Below, piece after piece: positions 13,082 to 26,917 of a stretch of DNA of 37,344 nt. The DNA lies in assembly GCA_000697335.1 (NCBI GenBank), contig JNEM01012323.1:1-37344 (forward strand), in the 5' to 3' direction. The notes beneath the pieces are model-generated. The model saw only the letters and a list, made by a program, of their open reading frames with translations, did no database searches and was not told the DNA's origin. A program made the translations under genes and the position numbers. This stretch comes from Conidiobolus incongruus B7586 (lineage: Eukaryota). Position 1 is the stretch's first letter; each line of letters opens with the position of its first letter.

Positions 13082-14791
13082 ATGAATAAGAAATCGGAAT
13101 TAGTTTTAAGTGATTTTAAGGTGGAAACAAGTCACAGTAAGTTGAATTCCTATAATTTAAAGGATATAATATTTGTTAATTTATATTGATATCAAAATAA
13201 GTGTTATATTCTATTTCATATCTTATATTTTAGAGCTGGGAAAATTTTTTGAAATAAAATTTTTTATTGAGTACCAGAAAATTGGTTAAACTGATTGAAA
13301 TTTTAATTTAGGTACAAGAACTGTATCACAGCGTAAATTCATATTTTGTAGACTACTCGTAGTGATAATAACGATATTCACTACTGTCTATCTATTAACA
13401 ACCAACACAGATTCCAATTTACTAAACTACCCATTTGAAGATTTAAAACACCTCTCAAAATACAATTACAAAAAATGGATAAAACCTGATATAGCCACCA
13501 TGGACATATGGGATCATATCCGGGTTTTAGAATCCATAGCGAATGGTAACGAAGGATTGAGAGCTCCTACCAAAGGGTTCAACGCCTCATTAATCTATAT
13601 CTACGATCAATTAAAGTATCAGAAGGTTTGCAAACCCGAATTTCAACACTTTACAATTCCTACCTGGAATTTGACATCATTACCCAAGCTAGAATTCCAC
13701 AATTTGAGTTTCGAACACAATAGAGACTTCCAAATTGTACCTTTCAGTGGCGAATCCGTAGATTTTAAAAAAGTTAAATTGGCTCATATTCCCAACTTCC
13801 AATGTACATTGAGTGCCCATAAACAACTCAAAAAACGGATCGTTATTATGCCATACAATCCAATTTGCTCTTTATTCGATTTGGCTTACTCCGGTCAGAA
13901 ACTCGGTATCAAGGGTTTGATACTGTATTCTGAGGATGGGGAATCCCTAGATTTGAGTAATTCTACGGTACTACCATCACCCTGGTATCCCCATACACCT
14001 AAGGTTACTATTCCCGTGATTTCAATCAGTAAAACAACTCTAGAATGGTTCAAATCCCACGATTTTTCCAAGAAGTTGAAGTTGAAAACTGATATTGATT
14101 CGAGAATTGTAACTACTTCAAATCTGATTTGCTACGTTGAAGATCTTGAAATGCATCCCGATAAACCCTTAATCCTATTCGGCACAAATATGGACAGTTT
14201 GTCAACCGGCGTCGAACTAACCAATCAAGCAACTGGGCCAGCCTACCTTTTACAGCTAGTCGAAAACTGGGAACAACTGTATCGTTTTGGTACCCTAACA
14301 TCGGACTATAATATTGGCTTCATATTCTTCGGTGGATCCACATTCAATGCGTACGGTGCACACCACTTCATTTTGCATCACAAACACCGCAACAATCCAA
14401 CGATCCCGATCGAAGGGTATTTCCACATCGAGAATCTCGGCGGCTACATACCCAAACTCACGCAACAAACTTTAAAAACCTTAAGCTCCACCACATTGCG
14501 CTTTAACTCCCTCCTCGATGAAATTCAAATCGAATTCCAGCGTGCATCACTACCTCTCATTAATTCCAAATTAGTGGAAATCGACCACTCGAGCCTATTA
14601 CCCTTCCAAAAGAGTCAAATTCCTGTGGTCATGTTTAATTCACATCCTCAGGATCCCAACGGCATACATAGGAACACTGTAGATACGGTAAGTGGCTTTA
14701 ATATTAGAGTGATAACCATTCATATTAATCTTCAGTTTAGATTGTTGACCACAGTTTCCTAGCAATACAGAATTGGTTGTTAAGAATCTAA
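13082..14791 (+). CDS. PA-domain M28 family aminopeptidase homologue, probably catalytically inactive, with N-terminal signal anchor; exons 13082-13136, 13312-14687, 14741-14791 (~493 aa)
   Basis: ORF shows M28A/aminopeptidase Y architecture (HIRVLESIA..NEGLRAPTKGFNAS, PA insert ending IPVISIS, TTSNLI, LILFGTNMDS, IHRNTVDT). Exon 1 (ATG 13082, GTAAGT 13137) splices in phase to TTTAG 13311. The 3' intron is 14688-14740. Terminal exons are predictions. Confidence 0.75.
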
Positions 14792-15468
14792 ACATTTGCT
14801 AGCATGATTATATCAATATATATATATTAATGACTATTATAATGAAGTTATTCATTATTGTGTAAATTTAAAGAATTTAAATTGTTTTTATAAAATTAAT
14901 ATTGAAAGTATTATATCAATTTCAAAAAAATTATTGTATTGGAGATATTGATGTTGATTAAGCTTTAAACCTTAAGGTTTTATAAAGAATATTAAAATTA
15001 AATTAATTTATATAATCATTCAAATCAATATATATATATATTCAGAGTGAAAAAGATTTGAAGAGATTAAAAGAAATTAATTCAAATTTGAATTGAAATA
15101 TTTGGAATGATTATATACTTATTTGATTATTATATTTTTTAACTTATTTGAATAGATTGGTTTCGATATTTGTAAAAATTCAATATTTTTTCTAACAATT
15201 TATTGTTTTTTAATTAATATAATTGAATTATTGAAAAAAAATTAATTCAAATTTTTATTTTCTGTAAACATTCATGACACTTTAAACATTATGTAAAAAT
15301 ATATTAATCTCATTACAATTTAACTGATATTCTCTATAAATTTTACAATTTAAATATATATCAAAAATCGTGAACAATTAATGTATCAATTCAAAAGCCT
15401 CTGTTAAATCTAATTATAACAATTAAAAAATTAAAATAATAGTATTATTAAAACCGAAAATAAATAAA

Positions 15469-18400
15469 TTAGTCACTAGCTGGTGGATGACACTTAATAC
15501 ACTTCCAAGCTTCCCTATTCTCCAGCTTTTTGATTAAACACTCCGAATGTACCAAATGGCCACATCGAAACATAACAATTTCACCAGTGGGAACTGCTAC
15601 GAGACGATCTTTGCAAATAGTACACCTTACACCGTAGCCCCTGAGACCCTTGGTGCGGAGTGTATAGTCCTCATAAACTAGAGAGAACATATCACGATGA
15701 AGCAACTGCAAAGTGACGCGTAGCCAACGTAATTCAGCTCTGCAGGCATCTAAAACTCCGTAGATGACATCCCTCAATTCACCTAGGACTGGTGCTCCAG
15801 AGTTCAGTGTGGTCATGATGTGGACCAAAATTCGCGGCAATGAAACCACAGATCTGCCGGGAGTTGATGATTGTGAAGTGGTAGCGGGGTGAAGAATACT
15901 ATTCAGCAAATCTTGTACAAGATTTCGGAATGCATCTACCGTAGATGTTCTTACCTCGTGGATGATTTTTTGACGATCAATTTGTGTAGAGGATCCAGTA
16001 TCGGAATCGTTAGTGGTGGCGAAGTGATTCAAAACGGATTTCAAAGTTTCCACTATAAAATTGAGCGTTTTGTAGTAGAGATCTTCAGCATCATTGCCAA
16101 ATACTTGTTGACCAATTGCTGAATTCCTCCTTGAATCCGCAGCTGCTAAGGAATGTTGCTTCTGCTTCAAATGGACTCTGTCGCAAAGACCAATAGCAAT
16201 TTTCACTCCACTCTGAACTCTAATCAGTTGGGTGTTGACATTATGAGCAATATCGTAAATTGACACTTGATCCTTATCGGATCTCAAAATTTGTAAAGAT
16301 TCCATTAATTTATAGGCTCTGCGATCCAAAACCTCCAAAATTTCAGACATAGCTCCTGAGGGATTTCCACCACGTTCTAAGATCCAGACCGTAACATCAG
16401 TGACATTGTGTTCCCTCGATAGTTTGAGGCAGTGCTCGAGATTGAAGGCGACATCATCTTCCGACAATTTTATTAGGAATGCCAATAGGGTGTGGGGATC
16501 CCTCCTAGCCTTGAGATCAATATAGCGTTCTAAAATATTTTGAGACGACGATTGTCTGAATTCTGGTGGATATTTCTCGAAATATTGCATCAAGTAAATG
16601 TACATATACGATTCATCAGTTTCTAACTTCTGAATTGCGGAGTGGTGATTGTGATCGTACCATAAATCTATCATCTTGACTGTGAGATGTGCGTTCCAAT
16701 CGATCAGGGGTCTGATATAGTCGCGAAGGAGGTGCTGAATTTCGAGTTTTTGAGGTTTTGTGATAATGATGGATTTGTGCTTGAAACATTCGTCAGTGAG
16801 AGTGTCGAGATCTCGGAATAGTGCAACATCCTTGAGGTAGCAGCGAACCGCACCTGAGTAGTCACGTTTGGCGAAGAGACGCGATTTGAGGAGTGATAGG
16901 AAGTGGCACTGTTCTAAGATTGAATCAAGCTCGGATTTGCTAGAAATGGATGGATGACGAATTAGAATGCGACACGCTTCCTGTCTTGCATCCAAAAGGA
17001 AGTCAGAAGGGAGTTCAGGGTTAGCAAGTGTGTCAAAAATGCTTTGAACTAATTGATCGGTCATCGATATTCTTTCAAGTGCCCATAATCTCACTAAGAA
17101 GCACTGCAGTTGGCACACCTCTTCAGATGTGAATTCCGTATCCGAATCCATAAGTTCAAAAATTGCATGTGCAATAGCTTGTAATGAGAGATCCGAGGAT
17201 TCCGAAGATTCAGTGTGATCCTCTTGGTTTTCGGATTGACTATGGACCAAAAGACCGCGAGAGTCTAACAATTCGAGGTAATTAATCGTATTGGAAATAT
17301 CGAGTTTAATTAGGAATGTGAGGTAGGGATAGATTAAACCGTCAAATTGTGCCTTATTGCCATCGATTATCAAGGAAGGTGTTGTAATATACTCTTGCTG
17401 ATGCTGTGTGGGCCAAGGTATTAGTTCTTTGCTGATTGTCCATTGAACTAGTTGGTTCCAAGCGAGGATTGATGCAGCAGCTGTGTGTGGCTTCTTGGTG
17501 GGGTACTGCCATCCAGAGAGTGATTCGGACAAGTAATTAAATAACTTGTGTTTTGGGCCGACCGCTGTCTGATTGGGTGAAGGCGATTTGAGCGTACGGT
17601 GACCTAGGAATAGAGGACTAAGTTCACCACCCCAGCTAGGGTCTTCAGGAAAATGATCCCAAGTCAAAAATAGTTCGCCAATTGGGGAGACGAAGTCAAA
17701 CATGGCACATGCCCAAATGTACATTAAACATTGTGTCATATTATGAGTCCTACACAATGAAATAGTGTAGTCGAGATCGAGCAAAATCGGATTAATTTTG
17801 AGTAATAGAGTATCCAATCGCATCAAAAGATGAGGACTTTGACTATATGTCCTAAACAGATCTTGGACTAGAGCAGGCGATAGACTTTCCGTGAGTGGAG
17901 AGTTAGGATTACTAAGGAGGTAGGGTTCGAGAGCTTCATAAAACACCAAACTATAGTTATTATCCATGAACATTGTATATACATCGTTCAGCAGCCAGTC
18001 GAAAGCCTCCACCTCAATCGCAGCTTCGATCACGGAGTTGACAATTTCCTTAGCCTCAATGATGAGTGGATGCACCACAAGAGGATCCGATATCTGACTT
18101 GGATCCTCAATCATATTGAGACATCTCTGGAACAGATGATTCAAAAGGGCCACCATCAATTCAATCATTACAGGTCTTACCCTCTCCTTCCTGTCGGTTT
18201 GGGAAGTTGGCAAATTGGAAAAGTAGTAAGGACTTCCATTCCTTAAATATTCGAGCCCCAGTAGAATACTGTCGACGGTTCTTCCCTGCGAAACTAGAGA
18301 AAACACGTGCTCGGACCATGTTAGAGGCATACCGAGGTACAACTGAGTTTGGCCCAAAATAAATAACTTGCTCTTGTAAGCTGCAATACTGCCAGCATAC

Positions 18401-20319
18401 AGTAAATGGTGTTTGGCTGAGTCACCCTTCTTATCATCCGATCCAATATGATAAATGGAGTAAGGATCCCTACCTAAGGGAGAAAATCCACTCAAATTCC
18501 CTAGGTAGTAAGTCCTATCGATATCATCAATGTCAATTACCGAACATCTCTCGTCGCTCGTCACAATAATTAAATTTTTGCGATTGATCCACCTCAACGC
18601 AACTACTGTGTTCGTAGTACAAACGTCGCCAACTTTCATCACTTCCAAGGCGGATTTCGGTTTCAATTTGGATTTGGACTGGGGATTTTGCGATGGAGTC
18701 ACCTGAAGGATGCAGACATACTTCCCGAAACTGAATGCAAGGGTGGGGTGACAGTCCTGATTGGTTGATGAGTCTTGAGTGCATGGAAACCATGTCAAGC
18801 AACCATTCACCCCAGATTCTAAAAATTGTGAGTACTGTTTACCTCTTTGGGCAAGGACACCAGACTCTAAGTGCTTGCGGAATAATTTGACAAGTACTGT
18901 GGGTTTGGGTTTTATGCAGACGATTGTGAGTAAATGAGGTGTTAAAATAGCTACTAAGCTTCGTGTGTCGGTCACGTGCTTCCTGGGACCGAGTGGCAAA
19001 GCTTCCACACTGAGTAGTAGAGGTGGGTATGAATTTTCTTGAGGCGCTATAAAATTCACTAGATCGGTAGCATCGAAAATTTTGAAGGTCTCTTTGCTGT
19101 TCATCACCATTCTGTTAGTGAATCGGTGCACATAGACGGCACCGTGGTGATCTGATGATATGAGATGGGGCTTGTTTGATGGTAAAAAACTCAAGTGGGT
19201 GATTGTAGATCCTTGGATATGCGCTTGCTTTTTGTTATTGTTGGTAGGTAGTATATTGTGGAGTCTGGCAAATGTTTTCAAATTGTAAATTAAAATAAGT
19301 CCTTTGGCATATCCTGCAGAAATATGGTGACCGTCTGATGAGATTGTCAATGAAGTGACTTCGCCATGCTCCAATGCTAGTCTAATGATTAGTGCAATGA
19401 TTATTTATAAAAACGTAATCTATTACCTAGAGCTGGTGATCCCAATACATTAATTAATTTCTGTTGAAAATCAAATAAGAGGACAAGACCTCGCGTTGTT
19501 CCTATTGCTATTACTATATTAATCTAAATTAATTTGTTAAATTCAATAACTTTAGAACCGAAAAATAATCACTTACAGCAACCACTGTTGGATACCCAAT
19601 AGTATCTCTACTTTTTTGGGAGAACAACTGATCCGAAATTTTGAGTAAAGGAACCCAACGAATCAACTCACCCTGAAAACTTAATGAAGACTCTCTTAAT
19701 TCTTCAAAATCCAAATCATCCATCATGGACGGCAACGGAATTGTATTAGGTCTTCTCAGCACCTGCGTCGTCGCTTCCGAGTATATCGACTGCGAGAATT
19801 GCGGTGACATTATGCCACTCTCCTAAATAAAATTAGTAATCATTAAAACAATAAAGAATCCTATTAGGTTACCGATCCTGCGCCCAATTCCGACACATCC
19901 AACATCGACCCATGATTTAATTCCAAACTCTCAACTTCGTTCACTTCTAAATCCTCATTCAAAATAAAATCCAAATTCAAATCCTCTCGATTTTCTACAA
20001 ACTCTCGGTACAATCCAATCTCCTGACCGATTTTATCCAACAGCTGATTCAAATTGCCCTGAACTTGCGCCGTTTCGAATCCCTGTTTCACCTCATCGAG
20101 CAATGTGCCGCCCTGGAGTGCCAACTGCACTTGAAATTGTAGATTTTCCAATTGCGTAATAGCATTTTGAAGAAGGTGTTGAGGGAGTTCGGACAGAGAC
20201 TCTTCCGGTAGTATTATTTTTTCGTAGGTTTTTAATAATGTATTATATTGAGTTTGGGTTATAAGGTGAGGATTGGGAGATTTGATAGAGTCGTGAGGTT
20301 GAGAAGATAAAGTGACCAT
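15469..20319 (-). CDS. VPS8: CORVET complex subunit Vps8; exons 20319-19873, 19822-19577, 19523-19427, 19376-15469 (~1565 aa)
   Basis: Three ~50-nt introns join the ORFs in frame. WD40-like N-terminus (GYPTVVA..IAIGTTRGLVLLFDF, VTSLTISSDGHHISAGYAKG), Vps8 core (FYEALEPYLL, LDLDYTISLC..HNM) and C-terminal RING-H2 (CTIC...CGHLVHSEC...CIKC). Confidence 0.9.
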
Positions 20320-21293
20320 ATTTTAGGTTGTGTTTAATAATCCTTCAATATGACTTAATTATAATTTTAAAAAATGTATTGTAATTTAAAATATTAAATG
20401 TCAAATGTATTTTATAAATGAATGATATTAATTAATTTTATGGATTGCAATTCTTTTTTGTTGACTTTGCAATTATTTAATTTATAACTTTGAGAATGTG
20501 TTTATTATACCAATTTAAAATTATGGGAATTTTATTTTGGATTCAGTCACAAATTGAATCTAAATTGAAGTAAAAGTTTTAAGAAAATAATTAGCATATG
20601 TTCCATTTTTGTAATTGAAATTATAGGTGTATAATCAAAATATATTCAAGGTAAATTGATTACCAATGAAAATAAATCAATTTATATTCAACTGATTTTA
20701 TTTTAATATCAGTTAATATTATTCAAATTAAAAATTAGATATAAATACAAGATCAAAAATTGAATTTTTTGTAATTAAATTAACTTTATCAAAAATTTGA
20801 AGAATTTTATACTTCTAAATCAATATAATATTAAATATTTTATTCATCATATAATTGAGTTTGAATCCAAATTAGATATAAAACATTATTCAAGATTACG
20901 AAATATTATTGATTAATTATTAACATTCGTTAAATCATTCAATAGTTTATTACGTAAAATTAAAATAGTTCAAACTATAATGAAAAAAGTTAGAATTGTT
21001 AATATGAAATAAAAAAAATGATTAATAAATATATGAAAGTAAAAACAATTTAGTTAATTTTTGATATAAAAAAGAAATTAAAAAATATATAAAATTAGGA
21101 ACGGAAAGGATATATAATATACTAATTAGATTATGTTATATGAAAACAAAATAATAAGTAAAGGAAGATAAAAATGTTAAAATTCAAAAATAGGATATTT
21201 TTGAAATTAGTTTAAATTTTGTCAATAAATCAGTTGTAAATACAATTAATTAATTTCACAGCACATTAAGCAATTTAACTTACCTTAAGCTAA

Positions 21294-21367
21294 GCTTCCA
21301 TGGCGCAATTGGCTAGCGCGTCCGACTGTTAATCGGGAGGTTGGTGGTTCAAGCCCACCTGGGAGCG
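21294..21367 (+). tRNA. tRNA-Asn (GTT)
   Basis: 74-nt cloverleaf: acceptor stem GCTTCCA/TGGGAGC, anticodon arm TCCGA-CTGTTAA-TCGGG, T arm GGTGG-TTCAAGC-CCACC, followed by TTTT. Confidence 0.97.
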
Positions 21368-21939
21368 ATTTTCTAATATCAAATTTTATTCAATAATTTT
21401 TAAATTTTATATTACATTCATAATTATTTTAGAAATTTTCAATTAACTAGTTTTTAATCTATTTTCTATATTATCTTTATTCTTTTATTAACTTTATCTT
21501 ATTCATCACTTATTTAAACAAAAATTTTTTATATTAAATTAAAAAACAATTAAATTAGTTTTTAGTTATATATTGATTGAATTGCAGAATATAACAAAAT
21601 TGGAAATACTTTTTGCCCTAGTCCACTTCATTGATTAATCATTTTAATATCAATATAAATTTTTGAATTATTTTTTTTATATATCCTGATTAAAATATTC
21701 TTCCAATTATAATATACAAATTTGATATATAATGTTATTAAAATAATTTTTATTCGTGATATTTGAATCGCTATTAGAGTATTATCAATTTGATTGTATT
21801 GGATATAATTTATGATAATGAAGATTGTACATATCTAGACAATATATTAAATTAATAGTTCAACAATTTATATTATATAATATTTATTCAATTAACGAAA
21901 TTCAATAATTAATACTCCATCACAAGTTTGAATACAATA

Positions 21940-22640
21940 TCACCATTCTCTTCTTATTTTCCTAAAAGTAGTCAATATTGATAACTTAGATGAATATATG
22001 CGAGATGACTTACTTTCTCAAATTGGGTAACTCATAGTTAATTCTTCTACTCTGCCTCAAACTTCTTCGTTCACTAATTACTTCACTTTGAACTGGAATC
22101 GGTTGTGCCTGAGGAGTTGATTCTTTTGGTTTGACACGCTTGTTAATATCCTAAATAGTGGAGATATTACTAATCAATTATATTTCATAATACTATAATT
22201 ACATTATCAAGTTCAATAACAGGGATCTCTTTGCCCTCAGATATCAAAGTTAATTCAGTTTTTGGCGATTCATGACGATTGGATTGAGATGATGGTTTTT
22301 TAGGCGACAGTACTTTACTAAATGTTAATAAAAAATGTTAGTTATTGTCATAAATTAATTTTAATGTTATCACCTTGGGCTAGCTGTATTCGATGTCTTA
22401 GTAAGATGATCCGATTTCGGATTAATATCCAATTGAGAGAGTTCTAAATACATACAAATGAATACAAATAATCCAACCTATTCCAAGTAATGTACCTTGC
22501 TGAGCATCAGGATGGCCAAACCTGTTCCAAAAATCTTTTAAATCTTGAATCTGATCCCTCAGTCGATCCATAGTCTCTTCAATATTCAAAATTTTAGATT
22601 CAATAATGTCCTAGCCATCCCATCCGTTAATCACAACATA

Positions 22641-22673
<33 letters not shown>

Positions 22674-22955
22674 CATAATACAATACCTTAAAATTATCAA
22701 TTACTTTCACTCTATTAGAATTCCATTTTAATTTAAAATTTTTAACCTTAAGTGCTTCATTCTCATTCAAAAGTAATCGATTGTGCTGTAAAACTGAATT
22801 CAGTTTCCTAAACTTTCATCAATAATTAGTAAATTATGAGTGTTAAAAATTACTTGGCTAATTGTTGATTTTGAAATTTTAAAGCTAAAACTTTCAGTTA
22901 GTATTGAGAGCTGATGAATTAGGATGGAGTTACATGTTGCTGATTTAGAATTCAT
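21940..22955 (-). CDS. SGO1: Shugoshin (Sgo1-like), ~210 aa, 8 exons: 22955-22934, 22884-22854, 22807-22687, 22610-22496, 22443-22374, 22317-22203, 22150-22014, 21961-21940
   Basis: Seven GT-AG introns (46-76 nt) splice to a 633-nt stop-free frame. N-terminal coiled coil LKFQNQQLAKKLNSVLQHNRLLLNENEALK and C-terminal basic SGO motif RRSLRQSRRINYELPNLRKKIRRE. Confidence 0.85.
22643..22672. repeat. (TTA)n microsatellite in shugoshin intron 3
   Basis: About 10 units, making this the gene's longest intron. Confidence 0.9.
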
Positions 22956-24017
22956 TGTGATTAGATTAGAGCAAGCGAGAGAGATGAATCGGTTAAGAGT
23001 TTTAATAGGTATATATATTTTGGAATTAAATGAATGATTCATCCATGAATCATCACAATAAATAAATGAATCATACTATGAGTGTATTCAAAATTAAATA
23101 ATTAACAAATATATTAATTTAATTATTTCATTAATGAATCATAACTATAAATTTATATAATTTAATTTTTTTACAGGGATTTGATAATTATTTTGAACAA
23201 AATTGTAATAATTTTTAATAAATGTAAAGTTATATAAAATGAATAACGAATAAATATTATAATGCATATCATTAATATACTCATAATGAAAAACTATGTA
23301 CCATATTTGATTTTAATGCTGGTTGATTTATTAACTTGAATTCAGTTTGAATAGTAATATTGTTGTATATAGTATTTTAATAAAATTAAAATTTCTAAAA
23401 TGGGTATCACTATTGAACAAGGATCTTTAGTCAATTCACTTCAAATCCTTATCAAACTCTTCTACTTTAAATTTCAAATTAACAAAAAAATGAATTTTCA
23501 AAAAATTCAATAAATAAACAAACTATAATAAGCACTCTTAAATGACTCTTTATAAATACTAAATATTCATTTTTATGAAATAATTAATAATTAGCTTTCA
23601 ATAGAATTTATTGAACCCATTACTGTATGAATTTTTACAATTTATCAACTATTATTAATCATTTTTTATTTTGTTTTTTTTATTCGATTAATTAAATCAA
23701 ATGAAAAATTAATAAATAGATTAAAATATTTAAAAAGAATTTGTTGATATTATTATACTATTCAATTAATTAGAAATTATTATTACTAATCTATATAAAA
23801 TGGCTTGAATAAAATATTTATATAGGAAATTTATATTTATCATCCTACAGACTGAATAAATCCATCTAATTTAGGTTTCAACTACAACATAACTAATTAG
23901 CAATGACACTAAGATTGACCCAATCATATGTAAAGCTGTTTCTGATATATCCAAATAAATGGGTCTGAATTTCACTATTGGATCAAACACTAGTTGTGTT
24001 AATTCCAACAAAGAAAA

Positions 24018-24048
<31 letters not shown>
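24018..24048. repeat. (ATT)n microsatellite
   Basis: About 10 units read directly from the sequence. Confidence 0.9.
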
Positions 24049-24051
<3 letters not shown>

Positions 24052-24671
24052 TTTACTTAATCCAATGATCACTGGATCATTATTAGTCATAGAATTGAGA
24101 TTTTTCATAAAAGAAACTGTGTTGATTTAAATTTAATAATACAAAAAAATGAGTTTTAGAGTTTGAATTTTATCAGCATCTTCATACCATATTAATAATA
24201 AATCTACTATAATATTTTGAAAATATAATTTATTATTATTATTATATGTAATAAAGAAGTTTGATTGGCTTAAATTTTAGTGAAATTAACATTAACAGGA
24301 CTCAATTAACAAATGATATTTATATAAAGATTTAAATATATTACCAATACATTAAAATTGCAATATGTACTAACCTGATTTTGTAATGTTCACTGTATAG
24401 TTCTAGCCTTATCTAATAAATATTGATTTGAAAATATTAAAACTTGATAATGTCAAGGTTCTTTTAATTCTAATATATAATAAAAACTCAATGAATGATA
24501 ATATTACTGCTTTTGATTGATAAAATGTTGTATATAACCAAATATTATGATTAGTTCTAAAAGATAAATATAATATAATCTTTTCGATATTAGTGAAATC
24601 AATTTTTAAAAATATATGAAAATAATTGTCATATTGGTATAAAAAAGTACAAGAAAATCTTAGTACCACAT

Positions 24672-24745
24672 CGCTCCCAGGTGGGCTCGAACCACCAACC
24701 TCCCGATTAACAGTCGGACGCGCTAGCCAATTGCGCCATGGAAGC
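24672..24745 (-). tRNA. tRNA-Asn (GTT)
   Basis: Identical to the 21294 copy except one T-loop base (TTCGAG vs TTCAAG). Oligo-T runs follow on the minus strand. Confidence 0.97.
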
Positions 24746-24991
24746 TATATCACTTCCAAAATCCCATTTATTATTAATTCAATATAAATAACTTCAATTA
24801 ATGTGTATTTTTCCGCTTTCCAAAAAAAAATCTCACATTTCCTTCTGAAAATCTTTCCTATTTTAACAAAAGTATCCCTTATAACCACTGTGCATCCTAT
24901 TTTGTAAATCCAACAATTATATATTCCTGATAATATAACCTAAATCAAGTTTAATTACTTCGATATTATTTGTGATAATCTTAATCAATTT

Positions 24992-25000
24992 TTTGCCACC
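24992..25000 (-). promoter_or_regulatory. GGTGGCAAA box (matches PACE/Rpn4 consensus), unit 1
   Basis: Exact 9-mer 247 bp upstream of the tRNA 5' end. Function inferred only. Confidence 0.4.
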
Positions 25001-25749
25001 AAATATTACTTACTAAAAAATAAATAACTTTTATAAGGAATTCTAATATTTTCATTTCAATTTTAAATAAAAATTTCAAGTGAATTATTATTAATTAAAT
25101 TTTATAGGTGATTTAAAATTAATAAAAATTTAATTGGTAAAATTTTAATAAATTTTTATTAAATATGAATTATCTAGATATTATAATAAATTATAATTGT
25201 AGAGTTTTATTAATAAAATTAATTTATGATATATTAATATATTCATTATTATTGTAAATATGTTATTTAATGACAGAATTATATATTTGTAATTAAATAG
25301 AAAACAAATAGCAGGATTATTTAGCTGATTCATATACAAAATCAATTGATATTCATAATGCTCTACATCAAATATAGATAATTATATACATATATAATAT
25401 TAATTCAAGCACAAACAAATAATCAAAATTCAACAGAATATCATATGGGATATATACTTAACTTTTCTAATTGCTAAATTATATTTGTGATAATTTATTG
25501 AAATTGGGATATAATTTGATAATAAATATAGATGATATAATGATAATTTCAATTTTTGATATTATTATATATAATATCATTTTCTTAATATAATACTATA
25601 TGTTTTATTATTATTTTTTGATATTTAATATTAATATGATCAGGTATTAATTTCAAAATTCGAAATATGATAATACATTGAAATTGAAACAATCTGTAAT
25701 TATATTTAATATTTAAAACTCTAGTATTTGTAATTTTGATAATGATGGA

Positions 25750-25823
25750 CACTCCTACGTGAACTTTAACTAATAACTTTTCCATTAACAGTCTAAAATG
25801 CTATCGAATTGCTTTTAGAAAAC
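25750..25823 (-). pseudogene. tRNA-Asn pseudogene
   Basis: Gap-free 74-nt alignment to the 24672 tRNA, 46/74 identical by manual count. The anticodon loop CTGTTAA is retained; stems and B box are disrupted. Confidence 0.85.
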
Positions 25824-26065
25824 CATATTTAGATATTTTATTTAACACGTATCAATTCAAAAAAAATTTTATCTTTAATTGTCATAATCCCAATAAAGTC
25901 TCTAATCCAAAACAAATCCCAAGATCATTTCGAATATCATATCCATATCAGTTTTTTCATTACCAAATATATTTTTTATATAATGATGTCAATTATCCCA
26001 TATTAATCTAACAAACATCAATTCAAATTAAGCTTAAACCCATTATTTATGATAGTCCTATAAAT

Positions 26066-26074
26066 TTTGCCACC
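26066..26074 (-). promoter_or_regulatory. GGTGGCAAA box, unit 2
   Basis: Exact 9-mer 243 bp upstream of the pseudo-tRNA. Confidence 0.4.
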
Positions 26075-26176
26075 CAAATAATAATTTATAATAGTTTATT
26101 ATTTGCTTCCCCCCTATTAAGGAAATGAGATTTTTGCATTTTTTTGGGAGTTATATGAATTTGATATATTATTAAA

Positions 26177-26202
26177 ATATATATATATATATATATATAT
26201 AT
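26177..26202. repeat. (AT)13 microsatellite
   Basis: Read directly from the sequence. Confidence 0.9.
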
Positions 26203-26917
26203 TGAATTATAATATAATTTCTATTTGACTATATGATAACTATAATATATATTAGTAATATTATTAACTTTAATTTTTGAAATATTAAATTTAAAATTAC
26301 TATTTAAAATATTTTACTATATTATAATAATATTTATTTTTAACGATTATTAAATTATATGATAATAATTATCAACATGTTTAATTTAAAATTTATATTT
26401 ATTAATTCATATAGAAAAAAAATGATATTAATACTCTTTCAAGTCATTAAACTTGATTCAAAGCTATATTTTCATATATATATACAATTAATATAGATGC
26501 AACGCTAAAAATTATTCAACCAAAATGCATAATCGTATAATTATATTATCTCTTGTCATTTAAGATATATGTTATTAATTGATAATCAAATGAATGAATC
26601 AGACTACTAGTTTTAATTTATGATAATTAAATGTTAATACAGATTTAAGAGATTCGGCACTTTATAATTGAATCTGGACTATAATATGAAATTATTGAGA
26701 TAATTATATTGAAAGTTATAATTATTTGTAATTTATTCACATTATTTAGAATTCTCTTAGCAAATAATATAATTTGTATATTATAATTATGATAAATTGG
26801 ATTATTAGACAATTGTATTCGAATTTCAAATATATTTTAAAAATATTATTATTTTGAAAGATGAAAATTATTAATATATATTTAACATTGAATTATGATA
26901 ATTATGATTATTATATA

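Noticed and set aside
21278..21289. ACTTACCTTAAG resembling the U1 snRNA 5' end
   Set aside because: It is immediately followed by the tRNA, with no U1 stem-loops or Sm site.
22800..23042. 80-aa ORF in the supplied track
   Set aside because: It reads through shugoshin introns 1-2 and is explained by the spliced model.
23878..24108. Possible small minus-strand gene (poly-Asn plus hydrophobic C-terminus)
   Set aside because: The ATG frame stops before the repeat, and no valid intron restores it.
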